A stretch of 64,000 nt of DNA from a bacterium (lineage in GTDB: Bacteria > Patescibacteriota > Minisyncoccia > Phycocordibacterales > Zambryskibacteraceae), in assembly GCA_030649135.1 (NCBI GenBank), contig JAUSGI010000004.1:32001-96000 (forward strand), read 5' to 3'. The position numbers were made by a program, and so were the translations under genes. Position 1 is the first letter of the stretch. Each line of letters opens with the position of its first letter. Below are positions 49,673 through 56,653 of the stretch, in pieces. The notes under the pieces were generated by a model. It was not told where the DNA came from. It did not search any database and saw only the letters and a program-made list of their open reading frames with translations.

Positions 49673-50356
49673 TCAGTACGGGAAGTATCCCCGTGTATAG
49701 AACAAAATCCTGTCCGGCATGGCCTTGTCCGCATTCGCTAAGAGGTACTTCTCGAGGGCTCCCGCCGTATTGCAGACGGAAGAGTCTTTGATGCAGAACT
49801 CATGGACCCAGGTCATGCCACCGTCGCTGAAGGCGACATGCGTTGCCGTGCCGGGTATGTCATGCTCGAGGGCGCCACGCGCGTCGAGACGTCCGCCAGC
49901 GGACATCTCGTCCATGTCTTTCTTGCTCATCCGCAGAGACATGTTCACCTGAAGCCAGCCATCAGGGCTGGTATAGGCGAACCAGTGGAACTTCTCGCCA
50001 TTGTACCAACCGACGCCCCAGCCGACCGACCTGTCGAGAGCTCGACCTTTGTCATCGTGGGTCTCGAAGGCAAGGAACTGATACCTTACCCAGGGGTGCA
50101 GTTGGGGTGCCAATGCCCGGAGCCGTTGGTCTTGCAGGTCCATGATAATGGTGTCGTTGCGCGCCTTCTCGGTAGGGGTGAGCTCCGGTGCCGTCTCGAG
50201 TTGAGCGGCATTTGCCGAGGCAGCATTCGCCCGGGGGGCGGCTGCCCGTATGACCGGTTCGGGCTGTGGCGACGGCGGTGTTGAGCTGATACTTTGGTGC
50301 ACTACGACTGTGAGTAGGCCTAAGCTAACAAGCAGTGCGCCACGCGACAGTGTCAT
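49673..50356 (-). CDS. hypothetical secreted protein (G+C-rich)
   Basis: signal peptide; GAGGAGG SD; Pro/Ala-rich linker; W-rich domain. Confidence 0.45.
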   Translation of the reverse strand: MTLSRGALLVSLGLLTVVVHQSISSTPPSPQPEPVIRAAAPRANAASANAAQLETAPELTPTEKARNDTIIMDLQDQRLRALAPQLHPWVRYQFLAFETHDDKGRALDRSVGWGVGWYNGEKFHWFAYTSPDGWLQVNMSLRMSKKDMDEMSAGGRLDARGALEHDIPGTATHVAFSDGGMTWVHEFCIKDSSVCNTAGALEKYLLANADKAMPDRILFYTRGYFPY

Positions 50357-50484
50357 CTGAGTCCTCCTCGGTAAGTGATATATGAGCTACGGGTTTGTCT
50401 TGTAACTTAATACCATTAAATATCGCCGTCTGTCAATGATACGAATGTTCCAAACAGGATTGAGGATTAGTGTATAATAATTTC

Positions 50485-50619
50485 ATGATGCGATATGGAT
50501 TCGGCTACGGAGGTGAGATGGCCGGAGGAGCGGGAATCTTCATGAGCCTTGTCTGGCTTATGCTTGTGATTGATCTCATCCTCGTCGGTGTCTGGCTCTG
50601 GAAGCAGATAAACAAATAA
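50485..50619 (+). CDS. small Gly-rich membrane peptide (44 aa), possibly leaderless
   Basis: TGTATAAT sits 7 nt before the ATG with no SD; MMRYGFGYGGEMAGGAGIFMSLVWLMLVIDLILVGVWLW. Confidence 0.3.
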   Translation: MMRYGFGYGGEMAGGAGIFMSLVWLMLVIDLILVGVWLWKQINK

Positions 50620-50635
50620 GAATTTCCGATTCAGT

Positions 50636-50881
50636 TTAGTTTTTAATCTCAAAGACTTTTCTTTTCGACGTGGCGCCAGAGATAAGTCGTACTTGAGAGT
50701 GTGGAACCTTGAAGTGCTCTGCGATAAGTTTCGTAATGGCTTGGTTCGCCTTGCCTTCCGCCGGCCTTTCTTTAACCGAGACGGTATACCAATCTTCCGC
50801 GTCCGGCATGAGTTTCAATGGCGGAGGAATAACTTTATTTTCTTTTGCGTTTGGCTTGGCTTTTACAAAAATTCTGGTCAT
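50636..50881 (-). CDS. DUF167 (YggU/UPF0235) family protein
   Basis: KAKPNAKENKV...ERPAEGKANQAITKLIAEHFKVPHSQVRLISGATSKRKVFEI. Confidence 0.7.
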   Translation of the reverse strand: MTRIFVKAKPNAKENKVIPPPLKLMPDAEDWYTVSVKERPAEGKANQAITKLIAEHFKVPHSQVRLISGATSKRKVFEIKN

Positions 50882-50888
50882 TCAATTT

Positions 50889-50918
50889 CCTTATTCTCCT
50901 ATTCGAGCGAATTAGAGA
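50889..50918 (+). repeat. ArsR-associated imperfect palindromic repeat, copy 1
   Basis: CTTATTCTCCTATTCGAGCGAATTAGAGAT; arms ATTCTCCTATTCG / CGAATTAGAGAAT. Confidence 0.8.
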
Positions 50919-51162
50919 TATATTTTGAGATGTGGTGGGGTTGCGAGGGGAGTCGGTACCACATTTGAAGGCCCCTTTGTTCTTTCTCCACAATATCCAC
51001 TGCGGCCAGCACATGGAGATGTTTGGAAGTAGCCTTGAATGAGAGTTTGATATGCTCGGCGATGTCCCCGACGGTAGCTTCCTTGCTCTTTTTCAAATAT
51101 TTAATAATAGTCAGGCGTCTCTGATTGGCTAAAGCTTTAAGTAGTCTTTCGAGATTTTTCAT
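50899..51162 (-). CDS. ArsR/SmtB-family transcriptional regulator
   Basis: LKALANQRRLTIIKYL...TVGDIAEHIKLSFKATSKHLHVL wHTH; the last three codons lie inside repeat copy 1. Confidence 0.8.
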   Translation of the reverse strand: MKNLERLLKALANQRRLTIIKYLKKSKEATVGDIAEHIKLSFKATSKHLHVLAAVDIVEKEQRGLQMWYRLPSQPHHISKYISNSLE

Positions 51163-51185
51163 ACCTATATTGTAAACTGCTTTGG

Positions 51186-51223
51186 CTTATTCTCCTATTC
51201 GCGCGAATTAGAGAATAGATTTG
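51186..51223 (+). repeat. palindromic repeat copy 2, in the divergent arsR / 51260 promoter region
   Basis: CTTATTCTCCTATTCGCGCGAATTAGAGAATAGATTTG. Confidence 0.8.
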
Positions 51224-51259
51224 GATGATTTGATGATAAAATAAGGGAGGAGGTGTCAT

Positions 51260-51535
51260 ATGGATGAAGGTGAGCAGGCAACCGAGTTCTGGTTGGACAA
51301 GAATCTCAGTTGTACCGAGTTCATCAAGGCGTTTGAGTCTCACTTTCAGGGAGGTCGGGTCGAAAGCCTATCCTTGGTGCGGGTTGCCAAGCCGGGGTAC
51401 ATGCTTTTCCATCTGAGTGTGCCGCTCGAGAGAAAAGGGGAGCTCCTCGTGTTTCTCCATGAGTACGCCGAGACACGCGACGCCGACAGCGATTGGAAGA
51501 CGGCGGGCGTCCATCCATTCAATCTATTTTCATAA
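51260..51535 (+). CDS. small acidic protein, paralog A
   Basis: EFWLDKNLSCTEFIKAFESHFQGG; leader TGATAAAATAAGGGAGGAGGTGTCATATG is shared with paralog B. Confidence 0.45.
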   Translation: MDEGEQATEFWLDKNLSCTEFIKAFESHFQGGRVESLSLVRVAKPGYMLFHLSVPLERKGELLVFLHEYAETRDADSDWKTAGVHPFNLFS

Positions 51536-51589
51536 CCACGCGTCGGACGGAGCATCGCGCTCCGTCCGACGCGGTTTTGTTTTTAGTAA

Positions 51590-52438
51590 TTATAGATTGC
51601 TGGGATTTGCAGGGTTTGGAGAGTGCGGAGATTTTCTTCCCACGATATAACCAAGTACTCCACCCACGAGAAGGAGAGCTGCCATCAATATTATTTTAGT
51701 ATCGAGATTTTTTTGTGGAGTAGATGAAGTAGGTGACGCGGTGGCATAAACTACCATGTTGCCTGTGTTTGGTTCAGTCGCACCATTTCCCTTAACACTC
51801 CTGATGATATTTGTATCGTAATATTTTATCCCCTTAACGACAGAAAGATTCTCTTTGACATACCCACCTTCGAAACAATCTCCCTTGTTGGAAATGAGAA
51901 TGGCCATAGCATCTGTATTGGGAATTCCATATCCCTCAAAGATATGAGGTTGATCTTCGGCACAGCCACGGAAGTCCAGTTTGGCTACTTCTTTATTGTC
52001 TTGAGTAAGAGTGGCGCGGAATTCAGTCCAATATTTCTCACCATTCTCAATGCGTTCGGAAAGGACTTCGACACGAACAGCAATATTATTATTTTTTAGA
52101 CTGACACTACCGAGATATGGAAGACTTTGGTAAGTATCTGTAATAAATTGACTGTACTTTTGTTCCCCACTTTCACCAGAGAAGAATTGTTGGAATACCT
52201 CGTCACAAGTTTTCACCTCAACGTCTTTGTTTGTGGCGAGGGAAATCGAATGAATAATAGACGGGCATCCTTTCCCACCCATATCACTTTCAAGATAATA
52301 GACTGAATTGTCCGAAGCTTTATAGGCAATTTGAGAAAGGTATGTTGGCCCACCTACAGTGGCCAAGACCTGCTCGCTTGAAATTAAGAGTAATAATGTG
52401 GCCAAGGAAAAAGATAACAATATATAATTTTTATTCAT
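51590..52438 (-). CDS. hypothetical secreted / C-terminally anchored protein
   Basis: signal peptide; C-terminal TM plus a PNPANPSNL tail. Confidence 0.45.
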   Translation of the reverse strand: MNKNYILLSFSLATLLLLISSEQVLATVGGPTYLSQIAYKASDNSVYYLESDMGGKGCPSIIHSISLATNKDVEVKTCDEVFQQFFSGESGEQKYSQFITDTYQSLPYLGSVSLKNNNIAVRVEVLSERIENGEKYWTEFRATLTQDNKEVAKLDFRGCAEDQPHIFEGYGIPNTDAMAILISNKGDCFEGGYVKENLSVVKGIKYYDTNIIRSVKGNGATEPNTGNMVVYATASPTSSTPQKNLDTKIILMAALLLVGGVLGYIVGRKSPHSPNPANPSNL

Positions 52439-52486
52439 ACCATAATGATAACATCTGGGGCTTTGTTTTATATAGGATTGGTTCGG

Positions 52487-52524
52487 CTTATTCTCCTATT
52501 CGAGCGAATTAGAGAATAGATTTG
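52487..52524 (+). repeat. palindromic repeat copy 3, upstream of the 51590..52438(-) gene
   Basis: differs from copy 2 at one position (A vs C). Confidence 0.8.
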
Positions 52525-52534
52525 TATAAATAGA

Positions 52535-52568
52535 AAATCGGGTTCCGCGAGGCGCGGAACCCGATTCG
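52535..52568. terminator. perfect GC hairpin
   Basis: cgggttccgcgaggcgcggaacccg. Confidence 0.5.
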
Positions 52569-52590
52569 AATCGTCGGCCAGTCTTCTATG

Positions 52591-52947
52591 CTACAGGACG
52601 GTCCACTCGTCTGGGTCGGGCTGCTTGAAGCGCCCAGCGAAAGGGCCATCTGGCCGCCGCATGGCGTGCTGTTTGTGGGGAATGACGTGTTCCCCAAGCG
52701 CGCGAAGAAGCTCGTGCGGGGAACTCGCATACCCGGCGCTGACTTTCCGCTCGAAGCGTCGCCCAAGGTGCAGGACGAATGCTTCGGAGTTGCCCATCTT
52801 GATATCATCGTCCTCTTCCCAGATGAACACTCTTCGCTTTACCGTGGGGTTGCCCGGCACTGGGTCGACACCTACATAGGCATCGACGATATACCCCAGT
52901 ACCTCACCTTTTCCCAACCAATCGTAGAAGCCGATCTCGTTGGCCAT
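52591..52947 (-). CDS. hypothetical protein (G+C-rich)
   Basis: GGGAGG SD and TATAAT upstream; a plus-strand ORF 52588..52968 overlaps it and is the alternative. Confidence 0.35.
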   Translation of the reverse strand: MANEIGFYDWLGKGEVLGYIVDAYVGVDPVPGNPTVKRRVFIWEEDDDIKMGNSEAFVLHLGRRFERKVSAGYASSPHELLRALGEHVIPHKQHAMRRPDGPFAGRFKQPDPDEWTVL

Positions 52948-53063
52948 GTGGCCTCCCGGCGCGCCTGAATTTCATTCCTCTCATATTATACCATATATCA
53001 ATATATTATACAAGTAGATAAGGTGCTCATTTTTTAGTGATAAGGTATGAGAGGAGGTGTGAT

Positions 53064-53330
53064 ATGAGAGATGATATGCGGGTGAGCGAGTTCAGATTAG
53101 ATGAAGATTTCGACCGTGACGAGTTCGTAAAGGCGTTCAAGACCTACTTCGAGGGAGGTGATGCCAAAGATCTGGAAGTTGTTCCCGACGCGATTTTGTT
53201 TTATAAAGGACGAGTGTCGCTTATTCTACTATTCGCACGAATTAGAGATGTAGAGGGGGGGGATTGGGTTGACAATTCAAATAATATATCATACACTTTT
53301 GAAAGAGCCACATGCGTGGCTATGCTCTAA
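53064..53330 (+). CDS. small acidic protein, paralog B
   Basis: EFRLDEDFDRDEFVKAFKTYFEGG aligns to paralog A; leader GAGGAGGTGTGATATG is conserved; repeat copy 4 and a G8 tract lie in its 3' end. Confidence 0.45.
   Translation: MRDDMRVSEFRLDEDFDRDEFVKAFKTYFEGGDAKDLEVVPDAILFYKGRVSLILLFARIRDVEGGDWVDNSNNISYTFERATCVAML
53220..53250 (+). repeat. palindromic repeat copy 4, degenerate, inside the 3' end of the 53064 ORF
   Basis: CTTATTCTACTATTCGCACGAATTAGAGATG. Confidence 0.7.
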
Positions 53331-53358
53331 ACCCGAAACCACTTAATGAGGGAGGCAG

Positions 53359-54039
53359 ATGATGGTAATCAGGGGAGGCATCCCCGCGATCGTGCGAAAC
53401 GATGCTGGTTGCTACGAAGGCAACCTAGTGTCGTACTTCCAGATCCTCTGGAACCACGCACAGAACCTCAACAACCCGTACCACAACTTCCGGCACATCT
53501 GCCACGTCCTGTGGTTGTGCCACGAGGCGTGCCTGTACTACACGAAGTACTACCCGAGCGAGCTGACATTGCGGCAGAAGAGGAATCTACTCATCGCAGC
53601 GCTTTTCCACGACTTCGATCACACCGGCAAGTCGGGACCCGACTGGATGAACATCGCGATAGCGATGAGGGCCATCGATCGGTTCCTTCTGCCGGAGGAC
53701 CGTCCGTACCGCATGGACATCTCCCGTCTGGTTTCCTTCACGGAGTATCCGTACGCCGTGGGTCCAGAGGATCTCGACCTCTCGGCACTCATCCTCCGCG
53801 ATGCGGACATGGGCCAGGCGTTCAGCGTGGCCTGGATCCAGCAGGTCATCTTCGGTCTTGCTGCCGAGTGGGGCAAGACTCCGCTCGAGGTGGTCAAGAT
53901 GCAAGGGCCGTTCCACGAGAAGGTTCGTTTCCACACCAAGTGGGGGCAGAAGATGTTCCCCGCTTCGGATGTGAGAACGAAGATCAATGAGGCCACTGAG
54001 CTTCTCGAACTGCTCACCACCGAACCCGTTCTGGCCTGA
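53359..54039 (+). CDS. HD-domain phosphohydrolase with class-I cyclic-nucleotide-PDE-like motifs (G+C-rich)
   Basis: PYHNFRHICHV and LFHDFDHTG (cf. PDE YHNxxHAADV / HDxDHPG); 226 aa. Confidence 0.5.
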   Translation: MMVIRGGIPAIVRNDAGCYEGNLVSYFQILWNHAQNLNNPYHNFRHICHVLWLCHEACLYYTKYYPSELTLRQKRNLLIAALFHDFDHTGKSGPDWMNIAIAMRAIDRFLLPEDRPYRMDISRLVSFTEYPYAVGPEDLDLSALILRDADMGQAFSVAWIQQVIFGLAAEWGKTPLEVVKMQGPFHEKVRFHTKWGQKMFPASDVRTKINEATELLELLTTEPVLA

Positions 54040-54042
54040 GAC

Positions 54043-54098
54043 ATCGCCCCGCCTGATGAATCGCCCCGCGGCTCATCAGGCGGGGCGATTTTATTTTA
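54043..54098 (+). terminator. strong hairpin terminator after the PDE-like gene
   Basis: ATCGCCCCGCCTGATGA ... TCATCAGGCGGGGCGAT (17-bp stem) then TTTTATTTTA. Confidence 0.65.
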
Positions 54099-54109
54099 TA
54101 GAGAGTAGG

Positions 54110-54138
54110 GTTTGTAAGTGCCCCAAATTTGTGGGATA
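54110..54138 (+). promoter_or_regulatory. conserved promoter/operator motif, copy 1 (dinB)
   Basis: GTTTGTAAGTGCCCCAAATTTGTGGGATA; a -10 TGTATAAT follows. Confidence 0.55.
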
Positions 54139-54177
54139 GGGTCGGAACAGGAATATAGTCCGCTGTATAATGCTCGG

Positions 54178-55410
54178 ATGGCGCGAGAAAAGACCATTTT
54201 ACATATGGATGGAGATGCCTTCTTCGTCGCCTGTGAGGTCTCGAAGAATCCCAAGCTCAAGGGTAAAGCAGTGGTGACAGGCGAGGAGCGCGGGATAGTC
54301 TCGGCCCTCTCATACGAAGCGAAGGCGCTTGGGGTAGTTAGAGGCATGCCGATATTTTCCTTGCGCAAATCGTTTCCAAGTGTCTTAGTGCTGCCGGGAG
54401 ATTATGCTTGTTACGCGCGACTCTCGGGAGAAATGTTTGACATCGTGAGGAGGTATGCCGACGAGGTCGAGGAGTACAGTATCGATGAGTGTTTCGCCGA
54501 TCTCTCCGGCCTAGATAAGCCGCTTAAAATGAGTTATAGAGAAATTGCGGAGCGGATAAAGAAAGAAATCGAAAGCGAACTTAGACTCTCTGTCTCTATC
54601 GGGCTCGGGCCCTCAAAGGGGCTCGCCAAGGTGGCGTCGAAGTGGCAGAAGCCCAATGGTCTTACAGTGATAGAAGCAAAGACGGCCCCAGATTTTCTCA
54701 AAAAGACTCCGATTGAGAAAATCTGGGGCATCGGCCCGCGCACAGCAGAGTTTCTAAAGAAGAAAGGAATAGGAACTGCCGGCGAGTTCGCCTCGCGTGA
54801 ACTCGCCTGGGTCAGAAAGGAACTTTCCAAACCTTACGAAGTTATTTGGAGAGAGCTCAACGGTGAATACATCATGGAGTTAGACCCCTTGCCGAAGACT
54901 GTCTATTCCTCTGTCCAGAAGACAAGGACATTTCACCCGGCGACAGGGGACAAAGTCTTTCTCCTCTCCGAACTTTCTAAGCATGTGGAAGAAGCGTGCC
55001 GCAAGGCGAGGTACTACCACCTCGTACCGAAGAAGTTTTCTTTTTTCCTCAAGAGCCAGAGCTTCAAATATTTCTCTTACAATATAAATCTTCCCTCGCC
55101 CACTAATGCTCCGGAGACGCTGGTCGCTCTAGTCCGTAAACATTTCAAAGAAGTTTGGAGAGAGGGAATACTCTTCCGTACCACTGGAGTGGTGTTGCAA
55201 GAGCTTGCTCCGAGAGCGGCAATGCAGGGAGATTTGTTCGGAGGCTCCGATAGAGCCGGTAAGTTTGAAAAGATTCATGGTCAGATCGACGCTCTGGAAG
55301 AGAAGTTCGGCAAGTCGGTAGTCTATCTCGCCTCCACTCACCAGTCCCTGAAGCGTAAAAAGGTCGGCACCGACTCCGACGACCTCGACCGCAACCTGCT
55401 GTTTTTGTGA
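54178..55410 (+). CDS. dinB: Y-family DNA polymerase IV
   Basis: ILHMDGDAFFVACE...; little-finger domain; ~410 aa. Confidence 0.9.
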   Translation: MAREKTILHMDGDAFFVACEVSKNPKLKGKAVVTGEERGIVSALSYEAKALGVVRGMPIFSLRKSFPSVLVLPGDYACYARLSGEMFDIVRRYADEVEEYSIDECFADLSGLDKPLKMSYREIAERIKKEIESELRLSVSIGLGPSKGLAKVASKWQKPNGLTVIEAKTAPDFLKKTPIEKIWGIGPRTAEFLKKKGIGTAGEFASRELAWVRKELSKPYEVIWRELNGEYIMELDPLPKTVYSSVQKTRTFHPATGDKVFLLSELSKHVEEACRKARYYHLVPKKFSFFLKSQSFKYFSYNINLPSPTNAPETLVALVRKHFKEVWREGILFRTTGVVLQELAPRAAMQGDLFGGSDRAGKFEKIHGQIDALEEKFGKSVVYLASTHQSLKRKKVGTDSDDLDRNLLFL

Positions 55411-55412
55411 GG

Positions 55413-55442
55413 GTTTGTTTTAAGCCAAAATTTGTGGGATTA
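55413..55442 (+). promoter_or_regulatory. conserved promoter/operator motif, copy 2 (ATPase gene)
   Basis: GTTTGTTTTAAGCCAAAATTTGTGGGATTA. Confidence 0.55.
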
Positions 55443-55460
55443 TTTTGTGCAAGTATATTT

Positions 55461-56606
55461 ATGGATGTAGAAATAAAGAAACAACCAAAAACCAGCATTA
55501 CTGAGGATATTGATTGTGTAATTAAGCTTGAGCCACTTACAATTTTTGCTGGGAATAATAATTCAGGTAAGACTCATTTGATTAACGCTATAGGGAAAAA
55601 ACTGTCTGAGAATGACATAAATGTTGTGCATATCCCAAGTGAGAGGATACTTGTAGAGAATGAATTGAAGACAGGAGCAGAAAAGGATCCATTAAGAGCG
55701 GCTCTCGGTGATTTGATTGAGTTTGCTTTTGATGCCGACAGTTCAATCTCTAGTGATGTTTCTGATATCTCAGTAATACTTCCTGCTGAATTTATACAAT
55801 ATGGTATTGAGAATATAGATATTTCGGTAAAGACAAACACTCTCACTAACGATGAATATAAAAAAGCTTTAAAAGATGCTCACATAAAAAAGCTTATCGA
55901 TTCCATAGTTATATCTGACAAATACTGTGGAGTTGAGGACATAAGTCCATCAAATGTGGGTCAAGGAACACAAAGAATGATTGTCGTTTCTCTAATTAGA
56001 TATCTACAGCGTAAAAAATTTGAGAAGGATGGTCGAACAAGTAAACCAACATATATTATTTTTGAAGAACCAGAGATATACCTTCACCCAAAAATGAAGG
56101 CAACCTTGTATGCACTAATTCAAGCCATAGCTAATGATGGAAGATTGAATACTAAAGTTATCTTAACTACCCACGACCCATACTTTATTGATATGGGTAG
56201 AAATGCAAAAATTTATCGGGTCTTTAGGGATCCTTTGAAGAATTTTTCTACACAATTAATGGATGTACAAAAAGACGTATTACTGTACCCATCTTCTGCA
56301 GAAATAAACTATATTGTATTTGAGCAGGTTAGCCCTACTTATTTACTTGAATTGTATGAAAGTAAAAAACAAGAAACTGAATTAAAGCTTGGAAAGAAGT
56401 TGGGAGGTCTTAAGTATTATGAATTCGATCTAGCTTTATTTAATAAAATTGGAGAACCTCAATCTTCTACTGATGATGATGGACATCCCGTTACGTTTAT
56501 AACTCGGATAAGGCATGATATGGCACACCCCTCTACCTCCATATTAGATTCTTTTGAGTCTAGAGGAAAGGAAGCTATTGAAAAATTAAGAAATTACAAA
56601 GCTTAA
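55461..56606 (+). CDS. AAA15/AAA21-type ABC-like ATPase (PtuA/OLD-N-terminal-like)
   Basis: Walker A GNNNSGKT; Q-loop/signature-like NVGQGTQR; Walker B TYIIFEEPEIYLHP; H-loop LTTHDP. Confidence 0.7.
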   Translation: MDVEIKKQPKTSITEDIDCVIKLEPLTIFAGNNNSGKTHLINAIGKKLSENDINVVHIPSERILVENELKTGAEKDPLRAALGDLIEFAFDADSSISSDVSDISVILPAEFIQYGIENIDISVKTNTLTNDEYKKALKDAHIKKLIDSIVISDKYCGVEDISPSNVGQGTQRMIVVSLIRYLQRKKFEKDGRTSKPTYIIFEEPEIYLHPKMKATLYALIQAIANDGRLNTKVILTTHDPYFIDMGRNAKIYRVFRDPLKNFSTQLMDVQKDVLLYPSSAEINYIVFEQVSPTYLLELYESKKQETELKLGKKLGGLKYYEFDLALFNKIGEPQSSTDDDGHPVTFITRIRHDMAHPSTSILDSFESRGKEAIEKLRNYKA

Positions 56607-56610
56607 ATCT

Positions 56611-56640
56611 GTTTGTAAAACTCTAAAATTTGTGGGATAT
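56611..56640 (+). promoter_or_regulatory. conserved promoter/operator motif, copy 3 (HNH gene)
   Basis: GTTTGTAAAACTCTAAAATTTGTGGGATAT followed by a GGAGG SD. Confidence 0.55.
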
Positions 56641-56653
56641 TTGGAGGACAAAC

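Noticed and set aside
52588-52968. Plus-strand 126-aa ORF overlapping the 52591..52947 minus-strand ORF
   Set aside because: Only the minus-strand version has a GGGAGG SD, a TATAAT box and a downstream hairpin. Both are G+C-rich, so the choice remains uncertain.
50889-53250. Interpreting the ArsR-associated repeats as integron attC sites or a CRISPR array
   Set aside because: Spacing is irregular (297, 1301 and 731 bp) and no Cas or IntI gene is present. The repeat is a short imperfect palindrome of operator size. A regulatory or MITE-like element is more parsimonious, and the question is kept open in the findings.
53346-53990. Alternative-frame 214-aa ORF overlapping the PDE-like gene
   Set aside because: It is an Arg/Pro-rich frame typical of G+C-rich out-of-frame translation. 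The 53359 frame carries the HD/PDE motifs.
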